Source: Gekko japonicus (lineage: Eukaryota). From it: a stretch of 64,000 nt of DNA. The position numbers and the translations under genes are program-made. Below the pieces are notes generated by a model that saw nothing but the letters and a program-made list of their open reading frames with translations, was not told the DNA's origin and ran no database searches. Each line of letters opens with the position of its first letter. Position 1 is the first letter of the stretch. The stretch lies in NCBI RefSeq assembly GCF_001447785.1, contig NW_015164211.1:298012-362011 (forward strand), read 5' to 3'. Positions 10,533 through 22,983 of this stretch are shown here, in pieces.

Positions 10533-13205
10533 CTAGCAGTGGTAGTGGCATTTCTCAGACTGCAGGGTTGTGCAGTCTATCCATATCTTGATGACTGGTT
10601 GTTTGTGGCCCCTACAGCTGAGCAGTTACAAGCACAAGTCACCCTGGCAATTGAAACCTGCACGAAGCTGGGGCTTCAAATCAATTGGAAGAAATCCTGC
10701 CTGATTCCACAACAAGTAACTCCCCTTATAGGTGCAGTCCTGGATTCAATACAGGGTAGGAAGTTTCTATCCCCTGAAAGGGTGACCCTTCTCACTTCAT
10801 TAGTGTCTAAATGTCAAGCTAACCATTTTCCACCCGCACTCACTATACAATGGTTGTTGGGTCTGATGGCTTGTGGTTCATAACGCTAGACTGAAGCTGT
10901 GTTTTCTTCAGAATTGGTTCATTATTAGAGTCTTTAATCCTGTTATGGATTGTAACCGCAAGAGGCTGTCTATATCTTACTCCATCCTAAAGCAGCTGGA
11001 TTGGTGGAAGTGTCCCTGCAATTTACGAGTCGGTATGCCCTTTGGGTCAGCAGTTCCCACAGTGGTCATTACAACTGATGCTTCTTTGTCAGGGTGGAGG
11101 TCTCAGTCAGGAAATGAGCACCTCAGTGGCACATGGTCTACAATAGAAAGGGGGCTGTATATACATTTGCTAGAACTGAGAGCTATCTGATACGCCCTTG
11201 ACAACCTCTCAAATACTGTGTCTGGACGCTCTGTCCTTATACAAATGAACCATCCCACAGCCATGGCATATATAAACAGACAGGGTGGAACGGCCTCTCT
11301 CCCTGGAAGGAGGTGAATCTGATTAGGAAGTAGGACTTAGACCACTCAGTTGTTAACCACCATTCACATTGCTGAGAAAAGCAATGTGTTAGCTGATCAC
11401 CTCAGTCATTAGCCAGAGGACCAGTACAATTGGTCCATTTCCAACCAAGCTCTGGAGTCAATCTTTGCTCAATGGTGCCATCCCTTGATAGATCTTTTTG
11501 CCACATCACAAAATGCAAAAATGGGGTTATTCTGCACCAGGGCCGCCTGGAATCCGGCCTCACTAGGGGATGCTTTTCACCTGCCCTGGGCCCACGGTTT
11601 TCTTTATGCGTTCTCCCAACTTCCTCTCATAGCCAAGCTTATCGGGGGAAACGATCACTGCATACTAATTACCCCCTTTTGGGAAAGGCAAGTGTGGTTC
11701 CATGCTCTCCTTAAAAGGTCAAAGAGCGTGTTTAAGAGTCCAGACCTGTTGGAGCCCACTTCAGGTCCTCATTCGGCTGTGACGCTGCTCAGTCTCACAG
11801 CTTGGTTGCTTCTCCCAGAATGTCAGCCTTGGTAAAGAGAGTCTTGCATAATATGAAGAAGCCCTCTACTAGGGCATCCTATTTGGCCAAATAGGGTCAT
11901 TTTTCTGCTTGGATCCTCAGTAAGGACTATGGTCCTGCATACTGCCCTTTGTCTTTAGTGTTCGAGTTTTTGTTATTTCTCAAGTCTAAGGGTTTGGCTA
12001 ATTCGTCCCTTATGGTGTATTTGGCCACAATTTCTGCATTTCATACACACTGACAATTGTTCAGTGTTTTCACACCCGCTAAGGATATTTTAAAGGGTCC
12101 TAACAATTTACATACTCCAATTACACCTATTGTCAATGGTGTTTATAATTGGTGCTGAACCAATTAACAACTTTTCCTTTTGAACTGTTGTCTACATATG
12201 ATTTGAAATTTCTATGAAAACTGTTTCTTATTGCCATTGCGTTATCTAGGCATGTGAGATTGCCACCCAGGGTGGAGTTTCCATTCTTCCAATTTTTTGA
12301 GGCCTTCGGTAAAATTTCTGCTGAAGATTGTCAAAATTTCACTAGGGGCAGTATTTGTCTTTACCTGTGTTTTGTCCCGGCCCCACTTCTACAGATAAGA
12401 GAAGGTGGCACACCTTAGAAGTCAAAAGGTTACTTTTTATTTGCACAGAATATGTGCCTTCAGATGTACCTTATGTTTGTCTGCTTTGCGGGCTCCTCAA
12501 ACGGGAAGCCTGCATCATCACAAACCATTTCTAGATGGATTGTGAATACAATCTCACATGCTTATGATGCTGCCTCCCTCCCATGCCCTTTGCATGTGAC
12601 TGCACATTCAACAAGGTCAGTGTCATTGTCTACTGCATTGTCTCTCGGAGTTTCTCTGCAGGATATCTGTGCTGCGGCTACATGGTCAGCAGACACTTTT
12701 GTAAAACATTTCTCAGTTGACACTGTGTGTACACAGGACACTTCAGTGGGTACAGCTGTTCTTCAATCTGTTAAAATAAAGATGTGTTTGTTCTTTGCTC
12801 ACCCCGCTTCTGATTCTTGGTATGCTTTCTAATCTCCCACGTGGGACTGCACCAGACAACGCCAATGAAAACAAGGTTGCACTTACCTAGAACTATTTTT
12901 CATTGATTTGTCCTTCTGCAGGCACACATCCCTCTCTCCTGCCCTGTGTGAGTTTAAAAAAAACCTGTTCCTCCGTGGTCGGCTTAGGAGAACTGAGGGA
13001 GTGTGGGGAGCCCCTCCCCCAAATCACAACTTTTTGGGCGGGAAACGGTTCATCGATGTCTGGTTGGGAAGGGCTTCTCCCATTCTGTTTCTATGCTATG
13101 AAGAATTCTTTTGGTGGCTGGCCTATGGCTCTGCAGATCCCATGTGTGCCTGCACAATGACAACTCGATGAACAACAGTTCCAGGTAAGTGCAACCTTGT
13201 TTCTT
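10533..13205 (+). mobile_element. DIRS1-like tyrosine-recombinase retrotransposon, 5'-truncated and decayed
   Basis: In order: RT (YPYLDDW, YLDD 10584-10595), RNase H (ITTDASLSGW), methyltransferase-like (IDLFAT...LYAFS), YR (HSTR); ICR/terminal inverted repeat 12869-12929 / 13142-13202; many stops and frameshifts. Confidence 0.92.
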
Positions 13206-14766
13206 TCCGTTGAGACAGGAAGGGGCCAGGTTTTTTTAATGGTCAGGGAGAGGTTTTCCTGTGGCCCAAATGTGAACACGGGCGTTCGTGTGTCAAAGAA
13301 GAGACCCAAAGGAAAATATAAGACTTTATACCTTAGCAGGAACTTGGGGGAGAGGGAGTGAGTTGAGAGTATAGAAGTAAATTAAGGCTTAGAAAGATGA
13401 AAAACTTCATAGATGTAGATACTGAAACAGCTGAAGAGAAGCAGCAGATAGACAGTTGGAGGTACAGCGTGACACTAGGAAAAAATCTGAGGGAGAGAAG
13501 TGCTAGTTGGATTTGGACAAACAGCTTTTTTTCCTTTATGTTGATCTGGCAAATATTGATTTAGAGTTATGTATCCTACAATATTTAGACTTAATTCTGT
13601 TCCCTTAACAAGAGGAGAAACTTTCTAAAAAATCATATGGCTGTGCTTATTTACAGGTCTGCATTATAAGAAGTTCACATCTGGTAAAACTATGGCAGTT
13701 TAAAACATACATTATTTACTTGATAGAACTTGCTGTTTCCAGAAGCATTAGTATTAACGCAGTCATTCCAAGTACTGTTGTCACTGTTTTATTTAGAAAT
13801 CTAACAAAACCCATAAAAAGTTTTTCAGTAGTTTTTATTTCATCAGAAATTACAGTAAAGATTTTTAGTCTTGCCAGATAAACCCAATGAAAGTATTCTA
13901 CAAACTTTTTTCCATGTCACATTAGAAATATTAACAGCAAAGTTTAATAGGCAATGGGTTCAAAAGGCATGTTTGGACCAAGTAATGTAATAAAACTGAC
14001 ATGAAGACAAGTTGCAATATTTTATCAAGAAAAATCAATCTGAATGTTAATCGTGCTTTTAATGTTTTATTTTGCCAATAAAATTATATTTCTTGATACA
14101 AATAACAATGTTTAACTTTAACAAGTTTATGAAAGAACATCGGATAACAATACAAAATGGCCTCTCCATGGCTAAGAATCCGGTCAATATGAAGAAATTC
14201 AGGCTGAGACAGCACCTTTGGTTTTAAATTCAGAAATCACCATTAGTATCTCAAGGACCTTCCTAGATGATGCTTTCTATAAGAAATATCCTAAAGACAA
14301 AAAGATGAGACCGCTGCCAGGCAGTATTTTCAGGGAGTAGGCTAGAACAGTATACAGGAATAAATATTTTCCTCAGTTGTAGATAAATACCACAATGTTT
14401 TCCTTAAAATAAATGTTTTATTGAGCTCTCTTTCAATTATCTAAGACCCTAGCACTGCAATGAACAAACCTCATGTACACACAGTGCAATGTATAGTTAT
14501 TAACCAGTGACTAACAAATTCAGTCTCTGCCTTGAACAGAGGAGAGTTATTGCCACATTCCCACTAATGGCTAAATGTCTACTGGTCAGTAGTAACACAC
14601 TGTACATTTTCTAGGAAGATGTCAGTAGAACAGGAATGTTATTTTACAAAAGCCAGAGTCAATCCATATATATGCAGGAACTACTTTTACTAAAGACAGA
14701 TTTGAAACAAGAAAAAGAAACAATCAATTACTGAGTTATGGCTTGAAAGGGAACCTATGTTTAATG
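12284..14766 (+). repeat. Copy 2 of ~2.5 kb direct duplication
   Basis: Partner of 4197-6672; this copy continues into the DIRS body on the left. Confidence 0.97.
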
Positions 14767-17675
14767 GCATCCACAGTAACAGAACTATAAAAACATTATT
14801 TAGCCACTAAGTGACCCACCACACAGTTGTGCTCCCCTCCCACTTTGTTACATTTGGGAAGAACTGTGGTAACTGAACCATTAATCACAAATATTTGCAA
14901 AAGAAATTGAGGACCTGAGGGATAGCTCATACAAGTCTTGTCTTCCTCAGCTAGGGAATGAGAACTAAATTCATTTGAACTTTTAGAAACAAATGGAAAA
15001 AAGTAGAATAGTCAAAGCTACTACTACTGATCATAAAACGAAAAAGTACAAAAACGACACAGCATTACATTTGTTCAAGTAATTATAATGAAGCCTTTTC
15101 AAAAAATGTTGCAATACCATTCCCATCCAGTTGCTTTAACCTTATCCAGTATTTCCACCTAAATTTTAGTACTGTTGGTTTGAACAGTACAAAAAGTTCC
15201 CCAGATTTCCTGGATATTGCCATCAGAGGGCAATTTATTCAACCACAAGTAGTAAATTTCCATTTCATTGCTTTCTCCTATGGGAGACTCTTCTAACCAG
15301 GCAGTTATCCTGACTGCAGTCCTGAGCCCAGTTAGGATTTCTTATTCCCACTGAAATTAGCAAATATAAAACAAAGGACTACAGCTAAACTCACTGACAG
15401 GGATTTCCATAGACTTTACTGAGTCTGAATTGATACAGGATTTCTACTAATTCAGTTCTGTCTTTCCCTCGAGATTCAGCTATATCAGGAAGATGAGAAT
15501 ATAGCTGTTCTCTTCAGTTGCTCATATCCTAAGTAAACTTTGCGATTTTCAGAGGGGATGATTTGGCAGATTTGGTGAAAGCCTGTCCAAATATGAAATC
15601 ATGGAATTAGCTTTTTTATCCCATTTAATTTTAAGATGAGTATTTATTGTCATTTCAAATACAATAAAGTCTGCCCTGGCAACACTTGTAGTAAAAGGGT
15701 AAACATATATCCCAAAACTCCTCCACATCTAGACTAACCAGTGACTTAAGAGTATTTAACAAAATTGATAATTCTTCTATTCACGCAGGCAGTTCTTCCT
15801 TGGCTGGGCAGAAGTAACTTGAGGGGCGTAGGAGACGGAAGGGACCCAACACAATATTTCTGCTTTCAGACACTGAAACAAGCCTTGACTTAACAGAAAA
15901 AAGGGTTATCGCAGAAATTGTCTACTTAGGCATTAGAAGAGATCAATGACACATAATTAATATGCACAATTTTGACTCACAGGGAACTAATGCCAAATAT
16001 GTTACACTTTTGGTGAAAAGTAGGTAAAATTATAGAGAGTGGCATTGAAGACATCCAACATAGTTCAAACTTTTTCAAGCTCTCAGAAGAAATGAGCTTC
16101 AGGCATTGATATAGGGCACCTGCCATGAATAACCAATCTAATGAAAAACCATTATTTTATATTTTAATTTCTTTGTAGTGCCTTAAGCAAATCTTGTTAG
16201 CTTTTAGCAGATCACTATAGATTTTAGAACAATTCCGATTGCGCCTGTAGCATGGCTTTGCACTTATGGTGTCATTTGTTCTATCATTGCTAATATTTAG
16301 CAATGGACAGAAGTCTCAACTATAGACGTGCTAAAAAAGCTCATCAGTTCACAATCAGTAATTTTATATTCAAACTACAGAGAGTAAGAGAAGAATTTTG
16401 ACTGTCCCATTTTCATTCAATAAAGTCAAAATAAATCTTCCTTCTAACTGGAAGGCACAATTAAAAAAAATACTAAAGAGAAACATTAACAGAATTCCCA
16501 CTTTGCTTATTTTCTACTGACCTCCCTGGCACCCCACCACCATCGAGTTTAGAAGTGATGAAAAATGGAATAGTCTTCTTGTTTTTACTTAGGTGGTATT
16601 TTAATCATAGCAATTGAATAAGAACAAAACCATCAATTTTGTAAACACATACCACAAAGAAGCAAATATGCCTCCCCTTTAATTTTAAAAGGCCAAGGAT
16701 TTACATATCATTCATACCATAAAAATTAATGTATTTACAAGAAACAATTTAGTTGCTGCACTTTTTAAAAGTCAGTTGAGTCTTTTGCAGAATACAGTCT
16801 ACAAACTGAAGTACTATATGAAAGGTATAAAAGACTAACATATTTAAACAAGTAACCATAGCCATGATCACTTGCATAGATTAAAAGATTTCCAGAGTGG
16901 CAACTTCTCTGGCTTTCAGTCATTTTATGTCTGAAACTAATACCAAGAAGAAACATTGCAGTTCTTTTGACAGTCAATACCATTACTCATATATCTTGGG
17001 CTACAAATCTACAATACCAGAGAAATATTGCAGGAAAAGAATGACAAGTCTGGAAACTCTAAGCCACTTGATATTGCAGTTGGGTTCACCAGTCATTACT
17101 GCTTGGTGGTCACATATCTTTTCCTAAGTTCCATTAGAACAAAAAGTAACAGACCAGCTCCATTAAACTGCAGAATTTTAAAAAAATAATGCTATGCCCA
17201 ATACTATTCTACTTGATCTATCAAGTGTATTTTAATTTGGCACATTATAGATGTACAGGTCGAGAAAACAGACTTTACAATTAGAAGCTAACAAACAGAA
17301 AATCAAAAAATGTCATGAGAAAATAAAAAGCATTTCCCCCCATGGATAATGCCATTTTCTAATGGATAATGCCATAATATTTCAGTCAGCAACAAAGTAC
17401 ACCAATTACATTTCCTACGATCACTTAACAGCTAGAGTTTTTCCTCCAACATCTTTATTGTGCTGTTACAGTGCCCCATGTATAAATCCGAATATTAAAG
17501 GCTAGGAGATCCTGATCGACAATTCTATTTGCTTTCCCCCTTAAAATCAGCCTCATTTCTGTGCAGATAAGTAGGAATCTGTGAGGTCCTGTAAACTCTG
17601 GCTGCCTTCCAGCAGCAGTTTGAATCAACTGTCCCTTGCTGGCATCATTCTCCCTTTATTTTACAAGACTGTGTA
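14400..17675 (-). other. SPAST: Probable SPAST 3'UTR (distal end uncertain)
   Basis: AT-rich, repeat-poor sequence after the stop; minus-strand AATAAA candidates near 17454, 15643 and 14417; miR-96 8mer at 17236-17243; Pumilio element at 16732-16739. Confidence 0.55.
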
Positions 17676-17798
<123 letters not shown>

Positions 17799-18057
17799 CT
17801 AAAAGCAAAGAAAGCATTTTACATACATTTCTATATATTGGGCTTGCTTTTCTAGTTATATTTTGACCAAGATGAAATGGAACTTTAAAATATGCTTATT
17901 TACCTATGAAGCTCCAAAAAACAAAACAAAACAGTAGAATGAAACTCCCCCCCCAAAAAAAGTAGAATGAAAACCAGCAGAACAAAAGTTAAGCAGAGAG
18001 AGAATAATGACAAAATAAATTATATTAGATCTGTTTTCTTATTTCTATATATGGCAC

Positions 18058-18753
18058 TAGGGATGGGCACAAACTGAGAAACAAACTGTGGTTCGAACAC
18101 AAACCAAGTTGGTTTGTTTGGCTGTGTTGTTCCCGAATCCAAAAGCAAGCCACCTTTTTTCTATGGAGGTTCATTTGGTTCATCAGAGCAATTCGTTCTC
18201 CAGATAACCTGACACCAATTCAATCAATTCCTAGGCAACGCTGGGGGTGGACTTGTGGAGAGCCCTAGAAGTACCCATAGAAGTTGTCCATAGCTTGATT
18301 GGCAGCTCTGGGAGTCAACCACGGAGCTTCCACTCTGCTCTATGGGAGCAGATTGTGTGTGTATACACGCACACACCACAGACTCAGCTGCTTTCACTTT
18401 GTAGCAGGAAGAGAGAGGAGTTAGTTGTTGTGTGAGAGCACATCAGGAAGAATTGCTTGCTGCTGAGTTTTCCTTGGGGCACCTGTTTGGGGGGGCCCTA
18501 TAACTCAGACATCCCAAATCCAACCTTCACCAAACTTGGAGGGTGGGTGAAGGAGAGCTTGCTGAAGACTCCGTGTGAGTTTGACATCTCTAACTCACAA
18601 GGGAGCTGTTCTACCACCTCCCAAACTCATGAACCGAATGAACCACACACTGGTTTGGGAAATGGGAAGTTTGTGAAAGTTCATGGTTCGTGTACTCAAA
18701 CAAAACATTGAACCACCCCAAACCACCATTTCCCCGGTTCGTGCCCATCCCTA
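18058..18753. mobile_element. hAT (Ac-type) non-autonomous element
   Basis: TIR TAGGGATGGGCAC / GTGCCCATCCCTA; perfect 8-bp TSD TATGGCAC (18050-18057, 18754-18761). Confidence 0.9.
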
Positions 18754-19316
18754 TATGGCACTATATATGTGAATTTCAAGGTTGCTCCCAGTTACTTCTT
18801 TTCACTACCAACATTTGTTGGCTTGAATGTTGGACATAGGTTTGAAACAAAGACTACAGATACCCAGTAATATCTAAGAGTCAATTTCTTATACATAGTT
18901 AAAGTTGCATTCAGATGTCACAAAAACCATGGTTTCTGCAACAATCTCTGGTTAGTTTAGCAGGTATAAGTAACATATGATTGAATCTGTGCATAAATAT
19001 GGGTAGTCTGTTGCTTGTACCTTCTGAATCCCACCAGCAAGGGCACTGCCATCTCTGTGATCAGACGGTCACAAGAGGCAATGCTACTTAAAGCAGTCTG
19101 TGAATTCAGATGTCACAACAAACCACAATTGGTACAAAAATTGCTAAAAGTAACTACAAACCCTTATTTGGCACTAACAAATAAACTTGGACAATCTGCA
19201 AAAAGAGCCTTGATTTTTTGCTAAGTCACCCTGAAAGCTCTGGTGCCAGCTAAGTCTGGAACTCCGAGGCTGTTCTTTTCCAGTGAGCTATGATGGATCA
19301 AGATGCAAGTACGTGG

Positions 19317-19458
19317 TTAGTATAGTTACTGATCAGCTCATCTCTGCCACTAACATGGGGCCCTGCCTCCTCTCTGTTGGTTCTCTCTACTGGAAATTGG
19401 CTGTGTTTCTGGGCCCCATGTTAGGGGGCAGATATGAGCTGGTCACTACCTAAACTAA
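19317..19458. repeat. Inverted repeat, ~47-bp arms
   Basis: GATCAGCTCATCTCTGCCACTAACATGGGGCCC pairs with GGGCCCCATGTTAGGGGGCAGATATGAGCTGGTC. Confidence 0.85.
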
Positions 19459-19879
19459 GTGGGCGTTGATTAAACAGTCTAATGCTTTTTGCTTTAGCAG
19501 AAAGACTTCAGAATTCTAAATCCCCTCCTGAATTTTAGGCCCCAGTGTTGAACATGTAGACTATGTGGTGACACATCCTAAACTGTTTTCATAATAAAGT
19601 TTTATACAACATATGAAAAAGACTGACAACTTTTAGAATGTGCTTGTTTTCTCATACTCCCATACTAAATTATAAACATATATTGCAGATTACCTTCCTA
19701 TTTCAATTAAATATTTTAATAATGTGGTCCACATTATGAAGATAAACAAATAAGACCATTCACTTTGTGAAACACATTGTTCAAACAGGTATGAAAAGTT
19801 TAGACAGGATTATTTTTATCTCAGGAGTATTTGAAATACAGGTGTGTCTGGGGACAGCTCAAAGCACTGGCTCCTACAT

Positions 19880-20365
19880 TTATGATACTAAATGGTTTAA
19901 AGGCCATGGTATTTGAAAGACTGCTTCTTCCTGTAGTGTCCAGTTAAAATCCTCTTTAGAAGCTCTGCTCTCTGTGCCCCCAGATGCAGAGGTGAGGTGG
20001 GTGGCCATCAGGAACAGGGCTTTTTTAGTGGTATCACCTTTGGAATGCCCCTCCTACTTGAGGCTTGCCTGATGCATACCCTACTCTTTAACCATCTGAC
20101 CAGAACATATTTATTATACCCAGGCTTTCAGCTAAGGAGTTTGATCATGTAAAACTGTTTTTAAAGTCTCCTTCTAGACTGAGGACAGTCTTACAAGGAT
20201 AATTTTACAGAGCTGAACGGTTTATGCCGGGGCTGGGCTTTTAACTGTTGTTTTATAGGTTGCTAGTTTTCATAGTTCATGCTGTTTTTAGGATTTCAGC
20301 ATGTGTGCGAGCTGCTATGAACAGGATTCTGTAGAGGCAGCATATAAATTCTCTAAATAAATAAG
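19880..20365 (+). mobile_element. L2 LINE 3' fragment (decayed)
   Basis: Resembles the ORF2 end and 3'UTR of 51470-51730; (TAAA)n tail. Confidence 0.55.
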
Positions 20366-20544
20366 TATAAATACACAACCTATGCAACAGCTATAGAAAA
20401 CACAGTTCCCTTCCCCCATTATAAAAACAACCTGTAAAGAGAACTTATAGTATTCTATTTATAAAGGTTATGAAGCAAATAAGACAAAGCAGGGGGAGGG
20501 GTTGGGTGGGAGGGATGTCGCAAAACAAATTTAAAAATTCATAC

Positions 20545-20585
20545 CTCACTGGCAGACATATTCTTCACTTGCTCAGGCTTTAGTT
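20545..20585 (-). CDS. SPAST: Spastin exon 16 (41 nt)
   Basis: ELKPEQVKNMSASE; AG/GT ends. Confidence 0.97.
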
Positions 20586-21571
20586 CTACAAATTAGAATA
20601 AATACAATCAATGAACTTCAAAAGGAAAAAAATCACACCAGAAACTTCAGTATTAGCACCCTCAATTACTTTAAGAAGGCAACACCAGTAGTGGTAAAGT
20701 TCCCATCAGTTTTCAGTTATCTAGGACAGCATGTAAAATTATTGTTGCAGACTAATAAACAATAAAGGGAGAAATGACTTGGAGAAGTAAAAGCTGTTAA
20801 AGTATTTTCTGAGTATTTCAGTACTGGATATTAATCTCAGCTTTGGGAGAGACCCATGCCAGATGTTTATGAACAACTGATTTTTACTGAGGATACGCAC
20901 ACAGTATTTATACTATTGACGAGGATCCAGAGAGGCACATATGCACACAATGTGCTTCCACATGATTCTTCATTCTACCTGCAGCCACTCCAGCCACACT
21001 ACTTCAATGGGCTGGATGGCATTATATTGGATGCCCACAAAGATCACCACTCCCACCGCTTTTAGATTCCAACAACTTTATATAGCTATTTTAAGCCAAA
21101 TTTCCAAAATCCCTTGTTAGTTTACTTTGAATCCTCAAACTGTCAGGTAAGCACCAGCTAAAATATCATTTATTTATTCTGCTTGAAAATCTAACCTTAA
21201 AGTGTATTTTGAGTGCTCATTTGCATTATTTTAAGTGACAAACTTAAAACTGGATCTTTCTTTTTGACTGAATAGCCTAGTGATGTTTACAGAAATGAAT
21301 GTACTTTGTTGATTCAACACTGCATCCACTACACCTGCTAGGAGAACAGCAAGCTGATTTCTGTCACAGATGGTGAGGTAAGAATATGCTTGCATGATCA
21401 CAGTTCACTCTACATTGGGAAGTCTCCAAATGTAATCAGGTTATTAGCAGTAAACTGCAAGGATCACATGATACCAACTCTGAAAACACTGCTTTAATTG
21501 CATTTTTTTTGGGGGGGGGGTCTAGCCACCTTACATTTGTTATTTTTTCCTTAACAGCTAATGATGCTTAC

Positions 21572-21642
21572 CTCTAATAGGGCCAAGAGCTGCATCTTTT
21601 GCTAATGCTGTTAAGTCACTCCCCGAGTATCCTTCTGCCATT
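21572..21642 (-). CDS. SPAST: Spastin exon 15, copy B (71 nt)
   Basis: MAEGYSGSDLTALAKDAALGPIR; AG/GT ends. Confidence 0.95.
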
Positions 21643-21889
21643 CTTTATAAAGAGGAAAAATGAACACTGGGTTTCAGAATTTAATAATTAAGTGTTGTAT
21701 TGAATGTTTTACAGTCCATCTTACAAATTAAGCTTCAGACATAGCTTTAGAACATCAGTATCATGACAATGGCATGATATGTATATCTTTACACCACTAT
21801 TTACATTGAAAGCCAGAAAATCAAGCACACACATAAAATACCATTAACATACACTTTTAGAATTCTTGCTAATGAACAATAGCTACAAA

Positions 21890-22091
21890 TAGTGTCCTCT
21901 CTAAGCTGAGTTAGTGTGAGCTAGCTCACAGTTTTTTAGCCTCCGGCTCACACATTTTTGTCTCCAGGAAGGATGGCTCCAGAGAAAACTAATTTATGCA
22001 GTAGCCAAATCGCGCGCTCACAACTTTAATGCCAGTAGCTCACAAAGTAGAATTTTTGCTCACAAGACTCCACAGCTTTGAGGGAGCATTG
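21890..22091. mobile_element. hAT MITE
   Basis: Imperfect TIRs; 8-bp TSD GCTACAAA (21882-21889, 22092-22099); duplicated at 22646-22847. Confidence 0.85.
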
Positions 22092-22147
22092 GCTACAAAT
22101 ACAGCCAAATATACACCCGTAAGAGTTAATGATAAAAAGTTACTTAC

Positions 22148-22227
22148 CTAGCTAGCTGTGCCAACTCTTTTTGGGTTAATGGATTTCCTTGCTTGCTCAA
22201 GAGATTTTTTAGTAAAAGCAATCGTGT
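22148..22227 (-). CDS. SPAST: Spastin exon 14, copy B (80 nt)
   Basis: TRLLLLKNLLSKQGNPLTQKELAQLAR; AG/GT ends. Confidence 0.95.
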
Positions 22228-22324
22228 CTGTTAAGAAACATTCAGTAGCTGTAAGTCTTGAGATCATAAAATATCCAGTGCCATAATTGGTCTAAAACAG
22301 TGATTAACAGCTAATGATGCTTAC

Positions 22325-22395
22325 CTCTAATAGGGCCAAGAGCTGCATCTTTTGCTAATGCTGTTAAGTCACTCCCCGAGTATCCTTCTGCCATT
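22325..22395 (-). CDS. SPAST: Spastin exon 15, copy A (71 nt)
   Basis: Identical to copy B; splice sites intact. Confidence 0.95.
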
Positions 22396-22903
22396 CTTTA
22401 TAAAGAGGAAAAATGAACACTGGGTTTCAGAATTTAATAATTAAGTGTTGTATTGAATGTTTTACAGTCCATCTTACAAATTAAGCTTCAGACATAGCTT
22501 TAGAACATCAGTATCATGACAATGGCATGATATGTATATCTTTACACCTCTACTATTTACATTAAAAGCCAGAAAATCAAGCACACACATAAAATACCAT
22601 TAACATACACTTTTAGAATTCTTGCTAATGAACAATAGCTACAAATAGTGTCCTCTCTAAGCTGAGTTAGTGTGAGCTAACTCACAGTTTTTTAGCCTCC
22701 GGCTCACACATTTTTGTCTCCAGGAAGGATGGCTCCAGAGAAAACTAATTTATGCAGTAGCCAAATCGCGCGCTCACAACTTTAATGCCAGTAGCTCACA
22801 AAGTAGAATTTTTGCTCACAAGACTCCACAGCTTTGAGGGAGCAGTGGCTACCAATACAGCCAAATATACACCAGTAAGAGTTAGTGATAAAAAGTTACT
22901 TAC

Positions 22904-22983
22904 CTAGCTAGCTGTGCCAGCTCTTTTTGGGTTAATGGATTTCCTTGCTTGCTCAAGAGATTTTTTAGTAAAAGCAATCGTGT
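22904..22983 (-). CDS. SPAST: Spastin exon 14, copy A (80 nt)
   Basis: Differs from copy B by one synonymous change (CTG/TTG Leu); splice sites intact. Confidence 0.95.
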
